From: Planctomycetota bacterium
Lineage (GTDB): Bacteria > Planctomycetota > SZUA-567 > H5-PLA8
Reading direction: 5' to 3'
NCBI GenBank assembly: GCA_045863855.1
Contig: BTVV01000004.1
Coordinates: 32,001 to 96,000 of the forward strand
DNA: 64,000 nt
Below the pieces are notes generated by a model. That model ran no database searches. It worked only from the letters and a program-made list of their open reading frames with translations, and had not been told where the DNA came from. Position 1 is the stretch's first letter, and each line of letters starts with the position of its first letter. The position numbers and the translations under genes are program-made. Positions 11,601 to 20,900 of this stretch are shown in pieces.

Positions 11601-14600
11601 GCGATAGCGTCCGAGCGGTCTATGTACCATTGCCGTTCGCCCTCGTAAGAAACCGCCAACAATCCCGCGAGGCCCTTGATCAGAAGCTGGCGCACCTTCG
11701 GGTTGTCCAGGATCGTGAGGTGCGTGCTTACCGGTCCCTCCTCTTCGTGATAGCGCGGCCACAAGGTGCCTGAGAACTTGCGGAACACGAGGCCGTCTTC
11801 GCCGTTGAGCAGAAAGACCAGGCCCGGGTTCGAGGTAGATGCAATCACTCGCTTGCCTTCGTCGTACCAGCGCGCGTAGTAAGCGTCGTGCTCCGGAAGG
11901 AACGTTTTCCATAGCACCTCGCCCTCGCGTGACAGACAGTACAAATTGGTTGCGTAGCCCTCCGTGCCCACCAGCACGCGGCCGGTGGCGGGGTCTTCGT
12001 CCAACGTACGTACAAAATGGATTAAGCCCAGGCGTTCCCGCAAACTGGACGGTTCACGGTCCACTGAAGCCACCTTCGCGCCGAGCGTCTTGGGGTCGGG
12101 CATAGCTCCCGCGAAGGTTGGGCGCGACGGCCATGTTTCGGCCAGCGGCACCTCTTTTTTGAGCAGCGCCACCGCGCGCTCAAGGCCTTCGGCATCGTTC
12201 GCAAGCAGTGCGAGCGTGTCGTGTGCATTCGAGAATCCCCGGTGAACGCACGAGATCATGGCTCGACCGCGGCCCGGGAAATGCGTGCTGATGGGATGCG
12301 CCAACGCGCCGCGTTCCACCAAGCTTCGCACCAGGGGGCTGGCGTACGAGTTGCCCAGCACCACCACCGGCGTATCCATCATGCGGATCGGGTAGACCAG
12401 CGAACCGCGCCACATCCGCAAGGGGTCCACGAGGTCCGAAGTCGCCTGTGGAATCGTTTGCGGACCGCTGCCTAGGCCGCCTTCCGGTTCGATGCGCGCT
12501 TCTCGTCCGGAACGCTCGAACCAGGCTTTCAGGCGTTCGGCTTGCGAACGCGTCCATGTCTGATCTTCGGGCAGCGCGATCACCACCGGAGATTTGTCCG
12601 ATAAGAAACGCTGCGCCAATTCCGCGTCAGTGACCAGCACCTCGTCGCTCACGACGGCGCTGGGTGGCAAACGCCAGTCCTGAACGTCGACGGTCGACTG
12701 CGCCTGCAAGCCCCCGATCAATTCTCGAACTCGAATCGCGAGTTTACCGTTCCCCGCGTTCACGGGCGCTCCGAACGCTCCAAGGTACTCGCCGATGCCG
12801 GCACGATAGAGGCGCTCCAGTTCATGGCCTGCGCCATCGGATATCACGATCTCGAAGGGAAACGCGGCGTCAATCGGGTTGCCTTGGGCATCCAGCACGG
12901 TTAGCCGATAGGTCAGGGTAGAGCCTCCGTCGACTTGCGCCGATGCCTCCAAACGCAACTGCGCGGGTTCGGCGGGCAGAAACGCGAATATCTTCCCGGG
13001 GTATTCGCGCATGTCGGCTTGCAGAGTCATCCAATCGCCGTCGGAAGCCACCTCGATGCGCTTGTTCTCGAGAACATCGAAACAAACGGTCGAGCGCTTC
13101 GGGATGCGCAGCTTCTCGATCGCCGGCGCCTGGTAGAACGTCTTATGCAAACCGGAGAAACCGGTGAAGCGGAAATTGGCGAGAATCAGGTACTCGCCCG
13201 CGCCGCCGCGCAACCAGTCGGGGCCGAAGAGCATCTCGTGCTCGGCGGCGGGAGGAATGCGCTTCGCAAGAAACTCTTTCACCAGCTTGGTCGTCGCCTC
13301 GGACTGGTCCACTACCATCTCCGTCTCGAAATCGATGAACTTGGGAAACGCGCCTCCCATCTTGTCGTCGTATTCGTCGAGATCCGAAGCAAGACGAACG
13401 AGGCCTTCGAGCGGAAGCTTGCTGGACTGCTCCACCGCCAGCACCTTTCCCGCCGACTGGAGCCGGCGCAGGCTCTTTAGAATCGATTCGGGTACTTCAT
13501 CTTCGAGCGTGTAGCCCGGAACAAAGATCACCTCGTACGCCATCCCTTCGTCGGCCAGGATCTGATGGTCGTACAGATAGTCGGCGGGGAAGCCCGCGCG
13601 CAGGCACGCGACCCACAGGCCTTCGCATGTCGCTGCAAGCTTGGTGGACTTTTTGGGGCCGAGGTAATGCGCTTCGCGGCTGTAATACACGGCAACCTTT
13701 TTATAGCCGCGTTTTAGCTTCAGGAAAAAATCGCCGTATGGCTCCAGTAGGTGCTTGGCGATGTCGCGGTGCCCTTCGCGCGAATCGCCCTGATGCTGCG
13801 CGGAACCGCGGCCGCCTCGGGCGAAGCTTTGGTTAAAAAAGGTGATGCCTTCCACTTGTTGCGAAAGCGTCAAAAACGTGTTGCGCAGCTTGCAGGCGCC
13901 TAAATCGCCGGGAATGTAGTAGTCGGCGATCTGTGACCAAACGGGGATGTCGCCGCGAATGCGCATGACGTCCGCGCCCATCGGCCCCCAAACGGGACGG
14001 TCGCCCGCGCCGCCATCCTTGTAGCCCACGTTTACGGCGATATCGAGCGGTTCGAAAATTTTCGGCGCGCCGCCCAGCATGCCGATGTTGTCCCCGTTGC
14101 CTCCGAACATGCGGTGCTGAGTGAAGTTGAGCGCGCCGGGCATCACGGCCTTCGCGGCGCGCGTCATCTGCTCGGAAAGCATGCGCCATTCGTCGTCCTG
14201 AAACTGCGGCCAAAGCTTGTACTTCTCCAGATCCTTGGTGTTGCGCCGGCCGGGCAATCCGCGATACCAGCGCTCCAGCGCGCGCATGCTTTCGTCGCTG
14301 GCCATGCCTTCGTATTTCTCGCGAAACTCCAACTCCTCCAATTTGAGCATATACTCGGTGCTGGGCGTACCGGGGTTGGCGATGTCGTAGAGTTCGTCGT
14401 ACAGGCACAATCCTTCGAAGGCCGGCGAATGGCGCATCGAAGCGGTTTCGAGCGCCGCGAACCGGACGCATCCGTCGCGCGCTTTTTGCCCGCGCGGGAG
14501 CAGGTCGTCAACATACGCGATCGTGTTGTGATACACGCGCAGGCCGCGCTTGGTGGCCGCATCCAAAAACGTATCCCGTCCGCTGGGTTGGTAAAAAGAC

Positions 14601-16540
14601 TCCCATGGCCCCAGGCTGGGCACTTGCCGCGCCAGTTCTTCGATCAAGTTGGAATTGCGCCGATGGCGCTGGCTCATGTCGTACGTGAACGCGGTGAAGA
14701 CATTGCTTCCGGCAGAAACCAAATCGTCCGCCAACGCTTCGGCTTCTTGCACCGGGTTGGTCTGCTGGATCAGTTGCGCGTATACGCTCCCCAGATCGCA
14801 GTACTTTCCGTTTACATGCGCGGCGAAATGGCTGACGGGCTCGCCCGATACCATCCGAATCGTCTGCGGAACCGTTTGCAACGCGCCCACCTTCGCTTCG
14901 ACCCGGTAGACCCCCGGCGCCAGCGCCAGACTCTGCGTGCTCGTCACGTTCAGCAGAATCGTCTCCTGCTTCTCGACCGGCTTCGCCAGGGTCGAGGCAT
15001 GCAGCACCAAGCGACGCGCACTGGAATCCACCAGCGCCACTTCGACGGGCGTGGCCGCCGGTAGCGCCGGACCGTTTACCTTGATGCCCAGGGCCAGCCA
15101 GAACGCTTCGCCGCGGCGGAAGCCCGTGCGCCCGCGTTGAGTGAATACGCCTGCGGAATAAGGAAGCTCCCGAGCCATCGCCACATGCTGTTCCGTCATC
15201 AGCGGCGCGATGTCTTTACCCGGCGCATAACCGACTCGCAGCACGTAAATTCCATTGGGCCCATCGGGAAGCGCGAGCGCGTACGTGCCGCCTTCACGCG
15301 ATTCGACCGGCACCGATTGCCAGTCGTCTCCGTGCAGCGGACGCAATTCGGCGATGGGCTTGGGGCCCTCGCCGCCCTCGGGCACACCTTCCGGCAACAG
15401 CATTATCAAACGCGTCAGCAGCTTGGTCTCAGGCTGCGCAAGCAGGGTCTGCCATTCGGCCAGCAAACCGCGCTGCTTAGCGCGGCCGGGCGTGGAGCGA
15501 TCCACACGCACCACTTTGTGCGGCCACTCTTTCACATCGAATCCGAGGTCTGCGTTTGGGCCTTCGGGATTCACGCGCAGCGTAAAGGGCCGGATATGGG
15601 GGTATAGAAACCCGATCTGCTCCGATTCTCCGGGCCGTTCCTGAAAGCTGTTCACACCATCGATCGCGGCTTTGCAGTCGTCGTCCAGCGAGACACGCAT
15701 CGACCAAGCCGTCAGGCGTAACGAAAATGCCTTCGCGTCCAATCCTTCGGCCGGCTTGCCGCCCAACGTAAGGTCCGCTAGACCTGCAGGAGTTAGCTTG
15801 AATCGGTAGCCCAATGGGTAGACGGCATAGCCCGATCCGCTGGCATGGGCAGGCAGCCACAAGGTCAGATCGAAAAACGTACCGTGCTCCGGCAACACTT
15901 CGAATCCCGCCACTTTCATATCCGCATTGCGCTTGCGGTCGGACTCCGCTTTCGCACGCGCGGCAGGATCTTTCTGGGGCGGTACGGGTGCTTCGAGCGG
16001 ATCGACGAGGGACGCATCCGCAATCGTGAGCCGCGGAAGAGTGACTATGCGGTCCCAATCCGGAGCGTCGGGATCGCCAGGGTTGCCCCACCGTGCGTCG
16101 ATGCGTAACGGATAGGCTTTCAGCAGAATCAAGCGGTCGCGGACGATCAGCTCCGGGCTATTGGATTTGATCGACTCGTCTTTCTCGACGGTGAACGATG
16201 CGCCCCCGGGCTGGAATACATAGAGGCCAGGCTTCAGATCCTTGCGCACGCGCGGGCGGCGATCGTACAGTTTTCCGTCGATTCGTTTCTCGAATAGCGC
16301 CTCGCCATTCAACGTGACATTCTTGGCCCAGCAGACGACGGCTTTGGCGTCCACATCCCCGCGATCGTTGATGCCGCGAACGCGCTGAACCGCGGTCTGT
16401 TCGAGCGCATCGACAGTCTGCTCAACGCGATCGTGCGGAACCATTCGGATTTCCACATCGAGTGCGTGCAAGCCGCTGCACAGACACGCGAGCAGCAAGG
16501 CAGGTCCTAGTGCGCGCGTGACCGTCGTAACGTGCCGCAT
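8630..16540 (-). CDS. Giant secreted protein (2636 aa): GH42-like barrel/trimerisation-type region, CBM-like and discoidin-like domains, two PQQ/BamB-like beta-propeller regions
   Basis: N-terminal signal peptide; LYDELY ... KVAVYYSRE ... LRAGFPADYL ... YEVIFVPG (GH42-type barrel plus trimerisation domain pattern); PSFEGNGGW...YLLEFRYK (CBM4/9-like); repeated FVGSADGKLHAV..GxxLW, WxFxxGGxVxSxP PQQ-type blades at the C-terminus. Confidence 0.75.
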   Translation of the reverse strand: MRHVTTVTRALGPALLLACLCSGLHALDVEIRMVPHDRVEQTVDALEQTAVQRVRGINDRGDVDAKAVVCWAKNVTLNGEALFEKRIDGKLYDRRPRVRKDLKPGLYVFQPGGASFTVEKDESIKSNSPELIVRDRLILLKAYPLRIDARWGNPGDPDAPDWDRIVTLPRLTIADASLVDPLEAPVPPQKDPAARAKAESDRKRNADMKVAGFEVLPEHGTFFDLTLWLPAHASGSGYAVYPLGYRFKLTPAGLADLTLGGKPAEGLDAKAFSLRLTAWSMRVSLDDDCKAAIDGVNSFQERPGESEQIGFLYPHIRPFTLRVNPEGPNADLGFDVKEWPHKVVRVDRSTPGRAKQRGLLAEWQTLLAQPETKLLTRLIMLLPEGVPEGGEGPKPIAELRPLHGDDWQSVPVESREGGTYALALPDGPNGIYVLRVGYAPGKDIAPLMTEQHVAMARELPYSAGVFTQRGRTGFRRGEAFWLALGIKVNGPALPAATPVEVALVDSSARRLVLHASTLAKPVEKQETILLNVTSTQSLALAPGVYRVEAKVGALQTVPQTIRMVSGEPVSHFAAHVNGKYCDLGSVYAQLIQQTNPVQEAEALADDLVSAGSNVFTAFTYDMSQRHRRNSNLIEELARQVPSLGPWESFYQPSGRDTFLDAATKRGLRVYHNTIAYVDDLLPRGQKARDGCVRFAALETASMRHSPAFEGLCLYDELYDIANPGTPSTEYMLKLEELEFREKYEGMASDESMRALERWYRGLPGRRNTKDLEKYKLWPQFQDDEWRMLSEQMTRAAKAVMPGALNFTQHRMFGGNGDNIGMLGGAPKIFEPLDIAVNVGYKDGGAGDRPVWGPMGADVMRIRGDIPVWSQIADYYIPGDLGACKLRNTFLTLSQQVEGITFFNQSFARGGRGSAQHQGDSREGHRDIAKHLLEPYGDFFLKLKRGYKKVAVYYSREAHYLGPKKSTKLAATCEGLWVACLRAGFPADYLYDHQILADEGMAYEVIFVPGYTLEDEVPESILKSLRRLQSAGKVLAVEQSSKLPLEGLVRLASDLDEYDDKMGGAFPKFIDFETEMVVDQSEATTKLVKEFLAKRIPPAAEHEMLFGPDWLRGGAGEYLILANFRFTGFSGLHKTFYQAPAIEKLRIPKRSTVCFDVLENKRIEVASDGDWMTLQADMREYPGKIFAFLPAEPAQLRLEASAQVDGGSTLTYRLTVLDAQGNPIDAAFPFEIVISDGAGHELERLYRAGIGEYLGAFGAPVNAGNGKLAIRVRELIGGLQAQSTVDVQDWRLPPSAVVSDEVLVTDAELAQRFLSDKSPVVIALPEDQTWTRSQAERLKAWFERSGREARIEPEGGLGSGPQTIPQATSDLVDPLRMWRGSLVYPIRMMDTPVVVLGNSYASPLVRSLVERGALAHPISTHFPGRGRAMISCVHRGFSNAHDTLALLANDAEGLERAVALLKKEVPLAETWPSRPTFAGAMPDPKTLGAKVASVDREPSSLRERLGLIHFVRTLDEDPATGRVLVGTEGYATNLYCLSREGEVLWKTFLPEHDAYYARWYDEGKRVIASTSNPGLVFLLNGEDGLVFRKFSGTLWPRYHEEEGPVSTHLTILDNPKVRQLLIKGLAGLLAVSYEGERQWYIDRSDAIAAYPKEADQRGAAQFPSTLNLGNVVISPDGEKIALGQSRNAGTTKMGVYIYTVWRFEPEIFHARTGERIAQLADERAESIESGHFSLAWNAGEEWPRIVTGSQWTLWPLDGKLGTLTPSPGQTLADGSALEFGLYEVTRRAPNGKPMWTYRDARVWMPSLDRMDAKSGRVYRCDRDGAVMALDLESGKPAWEARMPFSARLLPLTEGLLAGAINGDVVKFDASGKQVWRVRLRDLVEYPDLPYAQFVRQTLRRDRDSTEEFFPLSVDRPGDYDTLLRLGVEQLEQPSFEGNGGWQAEGSAPAYLEPGLDGNRALRLLPGTPVTQKLPRKAIPSATYLLEFRYKLSSPQAALVAGGALAGEKETFTVSRFGGVTGEWLFGRLAVKSYAETKGLTIGLEAVGGEVLVDAVSLRAVRFPSSNLLADAELHAVEPTYVKDIRVQYNRIAPELSKRLASRNHMVVFAPGTTTGTQKFVEEQAYLHNGRLDDVGPIWTYPPRAMGFSAVLAKPAFISHIVLYLNNANPENAYRHLCILANDLEAQPPVPKTIALVKGNSRRFVVVRLPKPMLTDAIKILPGKHPGRHESLTEVELYGPLDGEDAPLAGTTDPLAFPMLLANPRRVPDAFPEDVTGAYTEQNTNRIGATPAFQVGATYVDRVFTFGEAGGAIRSIADRRTESAVEEKKNKRKSDAFVQGPAWGLASITPTSTPARYARRLFVGSADGKLHAVADNGTYLWGFKTGGRVYSSPAPVGDDLYFGSDDGTLYKVDVHSGTVIWEFSAGGKIRGGPAVAGGLVVFASGNGELIAVRAEEGQAAWRAPIAPHTRATPAIFHDRIYLGDEKGVAHAFDLRTGREFWKRELSGYHSIGPVVTPQGICFASEQGEAAWLDTDGGVRWMAPLPGRLLGQPIATRSQLLFPTSAGPAVLRQADGKTDDRFKPPEFNAPINAILAYDRTLFMQRVYVHEDQNFGAQVFLEYHGGPVVWAPTAGPSPQP

Positions 16541-16562
16541 TCCTTGCGCTCCAACGGATCGA

Positions 16563-17378
16563 CTAATGCGTGTAAACGAAGAGCAGCCAGTTGGTGGTTA
16601 GCTGGTAGGAGTTTTCGCGCGCGCGGTTGTCGCCGCCGTGCCCGATGCCTTCGCCAATGGGATTCGAAGCCGTCGGCGGCGTCGAGACTTCCCACGCGCA
16701 GCCATCGTCGTTGGGAGAAAAGAAAACCGCCGGGCGTCCGTCCAGATCGAAGTATTGCCAATAGCTTCCGGTCAGCGGCCGGGAACCGGGCGTGATGTTC
16801 TGATACGTCATCTTGAACACATCGGCCACTTTGGGATCGCTATCGAGCACCACGGTGGCGTCCGCGCCCGGAATCAGCTTCGAGACTTCGGGGCGCACGC
16901 AGGTCGCGAAAGGACTCCCGCGGTTGTAGCAATCGTCGAGCAGTAAGGTGCCTCCGCGCTTGAGAAAGCGCGCCATGTTCTCGGCTTCCTTGTCGTTGAA
17001 GTTCCAAGCCACATGCGCGGTCAAGTACACCAACGTGTGCTTGAAAAGTTCGTCGCTGCTTACGTCGAGCCCCTTCGTTTCGACATGCACCGGCAACTGC
17101 GTGCGCTTGTTGAACTGGTACAGCAAATAAGGGATGGCGGTCGGGTCCGTATCCCAGTCCACGTTCTTGCGCGCGGGCCGTATGATGCGCATGCAAATCT
17201 TGTTGCGCCGGTCGGGCTGTTCTTCGGCGTTTTTCTGCCGAGCGTCCTGGGCAGAAATCTCGGTACTGTTGCGCTTTCCCGCTCGCTCCGCCCAACTCAG
17301 GGCGCGTACTTGGGGCGACAGCCCCCCCAAGCCCACCACCAGTGCCACCCATGCTAGGGCTAAGCCTTTACGCTGCAT
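16563..17378 (-). CDS. DUF4159-domain secreted protein
   Basis: Signal peptide; DWDTDPTA, YLTAH, FLKRGGTLLLDDC, FSPNDDGCAWE motifs typical of DUF4159, a family commonly found with MoxR-DUF58-VWA clusters. Confidence 0.85.
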   Translation of the reverse strand: MQRKGLALAWVALVVGLGGLSPQVRALSWAERAGKRNSTEISAQDARQKNAEEQPDRRNKICMRIIRPARKNVDWDTDPTAIPYLLYQFNKRTQLPVHVETKGLDVSSDELFKHTLVYLTAHVAWNFNDKEAENMARFLKRGGTLLLDDCYNRGSPFATCVRPEVSKLIPGADATVVLDSDPKVADVFKMTYQNITPGSRPLTGSYWQYFDLDGRPAVFFSPNDDGCAWEVSTPPTASNPIGEGIGHGGDNRARENSYQLTTNWLLFVYTH

Positions 17379-17560
17379 GACCTTGGCTCCTCACACCCAA
17401 CGCCAATTACTTTATTAAGTACACCAAACAAGTACATTGTTTGTCCAAATTTACACTAACTTTCGAATATGAAACCATTTGTATAAAATACTATCAACCC
17501 AAGATTAATGTAGGGTAATGATCCATTCCTACCTTAATTGAGGTCCGTCACATGACTTGG
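17379..17560 (-). promoter_or_regulatory. AT-rich internal promoter/operator region upstream of the DUF4159 gene
   Basis: Strongly AT-rich gap in a GC-rich operon; contains AAGTACACCAAAC (17417), AAGTACATTG (17430), TTACACTAAC (17451), resembling motifs upstream of moxR and the GntR gene. Confidence 0.5.
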
Positions 17561-18142
17561 CTAAGGGGCCCCGCGCACCACCACTTCAAAAGCTAGCACT
17601 ACCATACCCGGATGCCCGTCCTCACCGTCCACTTTGGGCTCTTCGAGGACACGCAGGTCCGCACCGGTTTGAGCCTGAGTAGGTTGCCAGCGGTATACGC
17701 CCGGATAGCTGCGGGAAAAATGATCCAGCAACCGGCCCTTGTGCGTACCGAAAGCCAGCGGTCGGGTCTTGGCGCGGAAGCGATAGAGTTGCCTGAAATC
17801 GGGCTTCAAGGCCACATCGCCCACCGGCGCAAACTCCAATTCCGCTCCGGCCAGTTCACCCTTAAGCTGCCCCGCCAACCGCTTGGCTTGGGCTTCGAAC
17901 CAAGCCTTCCGTTCGGCAGGCTCGATCGCACCGTTCCCACTTCGGTCCATCCCGTGAAGTTCCATCAGCGCCGCGCGCTCACTAAGTTGCATCTCGTAAG
18001 TCAGCTCAAGATTTCCATCGGCGATCCACATGCGCACCGTACGCGTCACGTGATCGACCGGAGACTCGTGCGCCTGGGGGTTTAACGGCCAAGCCAGCAC
18101 CAGGAGTACACCCAATCCAAACGCGATGCAGGCACGTGTCAT
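17561..18142 (-). CDS. Secreted hypothetical protein (193 aa) with an N-terminal His motif and an EF-hand-like loop
   Basis: Signal peptide ending ...PQA|HESPVDH; DRSGNGAIEPAE resembles a DxDGNG calcium loop; ATGA overlap with the upstream gene. Confidence 0.75.
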   Translation of the reverse strand: MTRACIAFGLGVLLVLAWPLNPQAHESPVDHVTRTVRMWIADGNLELTYEMQLSERAALMELHGMDRSGNGAIEPAERKAWFEAQAKRLAGQLKGELAGAELEFAPVGDVALKPDFRQLYRFRAKTRPLAFGTHKGRLLDHFSRSYPGVYRWQPTQAQTGADLRVLEEPKVDGEDGHPGMVVLAFEVVVRGAP

Positions 18143-20895
18143 CGCCTCTCCTCCGGCCGGCCGGCGTTAGCAACTGCTCGATCCAGGAGCGGCGCAAAGT
18201 CGCGAATGTCGATACCGCTCTCGACAAGGGCTTTCACGAAGGGGGCATCGCGAAACGTTCGAATCGCTTCGGCATGAACCTGGGGCGCCCCGGCCAACGC
18301 TGCGTGCAGCGCCGCATAGACCACCGCGAACTCGCTCGACTGCAAGCCCTTCGCTACGATCGCGTGATCGCGCTTGATCGAAGCAAGCCCCATCAGCAGT
18401 GCCAGTTTGACGAACGGCGTTCCAGTATCGTAAATGGATTCCAGCTCGGCCAAAGTCGGCTCGTGGCCATGCTGCGCGAGGGCAAGCTTCAAATACAGCC
18501 ACGCCTGATGCCGCTGCTCGTAATGCGAACTCGAAAGCTCCGTCTGTCTCAGGTCGCCGAACGAGGCGGCAAAATCGCGCTCAAGTTCCACGAGCACCGG
18601 CAAGACGCGCGGATCGGGAATCCTGCCGAGCGCCCAAAGGCACTGCACGCGAACTTTCAGAGGTGCGGTCCGGTCGCGCGCCAATTCAAGCAAGGTAGGC
18701 GTCGCTTCTTTGAGAGGCATGCGCCCCGATATCCCGATCATGTATTCCGCCAGGAGCGGCTGATCGACCGCTTCAAGGAGTTCGGCAAGCGCTTTCGCGC
18801 AATCCGGTCCCCCTACCTTCTCCAGCGCGAGGACCAGTTTAATGCGCAACGCTACATTCTCTTCGGCCTTGAGCGCTCGGACCAACACAGGCGCGGCTTC
18901 GGCCGCACGATACTCGGCCAGCGCATCGATCAGCGTGGGCGGTGGGGACTCATCGGGGTAGTCGCGCAGCAGCGCCAAGACTTTGGCCCGCAGTTCCGGA
19001 ACCGGTCGGGCCGCAAGCGCCTGCAGCGCCGGGCCGGCGAGGTTCTCTCCGGAATTGCCAAGCGCTTTTTCGATCAGCGTGACGCGTTGCGCCCAGGACG
19101 TTCGCGCCGCTACGTACAGCATTGTGCGCTTCACCTGCGCCGATGCGGCGCGTTCGTACAATTTCAGCGCGGCCATCCCGGCTTCGGATGCTTCCGGCCA
19201 CCCTTGAAGCGCCAGCGCCAACTCGTCCTGTGCGGCGGGATCCGCCTCAATCCCCGCTCGCTCCGATAGGGCCGCGAGCGCTCGTTCGCCGCCCAGACGA
19301 CCCAGCGCATTCAAGGCCATCGCACGCACATACCCGTCGGCATGGGCGGCCTGAAGGACCGCAAACTCCAGCGCGCCTTGGGCTCTAACGTCCCCCACAA
19401 ACCGCAACAGCGCGGCGAGCAACTCCGAGTCGCGCACCACTCCAGCGCTGGCCGCCAGTTCGACGGCCGCCTTCTGCAGTTCGACACGGTATTGCCGCTC
19501 GTGCTTGTACTCGACCAGCCCGCCCCAAGTTTCAAGCATAGCGCGAAGCGGCTTGGTGCGCGGCTCAGGTGCTTGAGCTTGTTTGTGCAGCCATTCCAAG
19601 GTGGGCAGCGGCGCCGCCAACGCCATCGCCCGCGGCGTATCGGCGGGCCAAGTTGGTATATCCAGCAGCGCACCCAAGCGAGCTTGGGCATTGCGGCCTT
19701 CGGGCTCGTAGAACCAGCGATGGGCCACCGGATCGTACATGCGCAGCAACTCGGCATGCGACTGCCGGGCCAACCCGAGCGCCGCCGCGAGCTTAATCAG
19801 CGTCTCACCGCGCGTGGCCTTTTCCTGATCGGCGTAGGGCAACGCGCCTTCCAAGGCCGCCATACCAAAGCGTGCCAGTTCCTGAATCTCCTGCGCAACC
19901 GATTCACCGCGCTCGGCCTTGGCAAACAGTTCGCCCATGCTCGCTTTCAGTTCCGCGGCTTCCAGCACATCGGGCGCTACGGGCAACAGTGCACCTTCCT
20001 TCGGGCCAGGCGATTGCAGCTCGAACTGAGGCCAATGCGCGATGCCCTTATGCATCCATGGATGCAGCGAGCGAGGCGCGTTGTGAAAGTACCGTTCTTT
20101 CTGGTCGCTGTCCTGAACCACCGCCAACAGTTGCAGCTTATGCCCCTCCAAGTGCCATGAAGCTTCGCCGTCCTGCCCCTTGGGTGGCTTCTTGAACTTG
20201 TCCTTTGGCGCATCGATGCTGCCCCAAGGAATGCGGCATTCGCCGGTGTAGCCGCTGTCTTCGTCCCCCGGCGCATTCACCGTGGACGGTTGGCCGTCGG
20301 CCTTGGGCTTAAGCTGTATGGCCATCCGTACCGTGTGAGCACCTTGATCGCGCAGCCATTCGTCTTCGAAGAAGAGGATGCCGAACTGCGCGCGCTGAGC
20401 TTTGGTCACGACCCAGTCATCGTCGGCCAATACGCAGTACACGTCGTTAAACTGATTCAGCGCGTTGTGGTGCAGTTCCCAAAAGCAGCGCCGGTCGCCC
20501 AGAGTCAAAAAGAACTCCACCACATCCGGGTTGGGCTTCCCGCCCCAGATACTGGCGCCGTCGCGCGGGCGTTCCGCCGGGCCTTCGCGCTTTCCACTGC
20601 CAGCGGCAACGAGTTGCTTGTCGAATGTCTCGTATCCGAGGTACAGATACTGGCGGTCCCAAGCCACGCGAACGGTCATGTGCGCCGCGGTATCCAGCAC
20701 TCCCGTTGTATTCAGATGATCGCAGCGGATCGGCGCGGCAGCTTTCCAGACGGCCTCGTCGAGCTTGCCATCGATGGCCATGTCGGTATCGGCAAACGGC
20801 ACCGGCGTCACCGGCGCGGCATCTTCCGTCAAGGCGATACCACCCAGCAGTGCGGAAAGCAGCGCCCAAGCCGGGATGTTCGATCGGTATTTCAT
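18139..20895 (-). CDS. Secreted CBM9-like (DOMON-like) sugar-binding domain plus HEAT-repeat protein (918 aa)
   Basis: Probable start MKYRSNIP at 20895 (GGAG upstream); IDGKLDEAVWKAA, VAWDRQYLYLG, DVVEFFL, YTGECRIPW (CBM9-like); C-terminal VRAMALNALGRLG / VRVQCLWALGRI HEAT repeats. Confidence 0.8.
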   Translation of the reverse strand: MKYRSNIPAWALLSALLGGIALTEDAAPVTPVPFADTDMAIDGKLDEAVWKAAAPIRCDHLNTTGVLDTAAHMTVRVAWDRQYLYLGYETFDKQLVAAGSGKREGPAERPRDGASIWGGKPNPDVVEFFLTLGDRRCFWELHHNALNQFNDVYCVLADDDWVVTKAQRAQFGILFFEDEWLRDQGAHTVRMAIQLKPKADGQPSTVNAPGDEDSGYTGECRIPWGSIDAPKDKFKKPPKGQDGEASWHLEGHKLQLLAVVQDSDQKERYFHNAPRSLHPWMHKGIAHWPQFELQSPGPKEGALLPVAPDVLEAAELKASMGELFAKAERGESVAQEIQELARFGMAALEGALPYADQEKATRGETLIKLAAALGLARQSHAELLRMYDPVAHRWFYEPEGRNAQARLGALLDIPTWPADTPRAMALAAPLPTLEWLHKQAQAPEPRTKPLRAMLETWGGLVEYKHERQYRVELQKAAVELAASAGVVRDSELLAALLRFVGDVRAQGALEFAVLQAAHADGYVRAMALNALGRLGGERALAALSERAGIEADPAAQDELALALQGWPEASEAGMAALKLYERAASAQVKRTMLYVAARTSWAQRVTLIEKALGNSGENLAGPALQALAARPVPELRAKVLALLRDYPDESPPPTLIDALAEYRAAEAAPVLVRALKAEENVALRIKLVLALEKVGGPDCAKALAELLEAVDQPLLAEYMIGISGRMPLKEATPTLLELARDRTAPLKVRVQCLWALGRIPDPRVLPVLVELERDFAASFGDLRQTELSSSHYEQRHQAWLYLKLALAQHGHEPTLAELESIYDTGTPFVKLALLMGLASIKRDHAIVAKGLQSSEFAVVYAALHAALAGAPQVHAEAIRTFRDAPFVKALVESGIDIRDFAPLLDRAVANAGRPEERR

Positions 20896-20900
20896 GTGGC

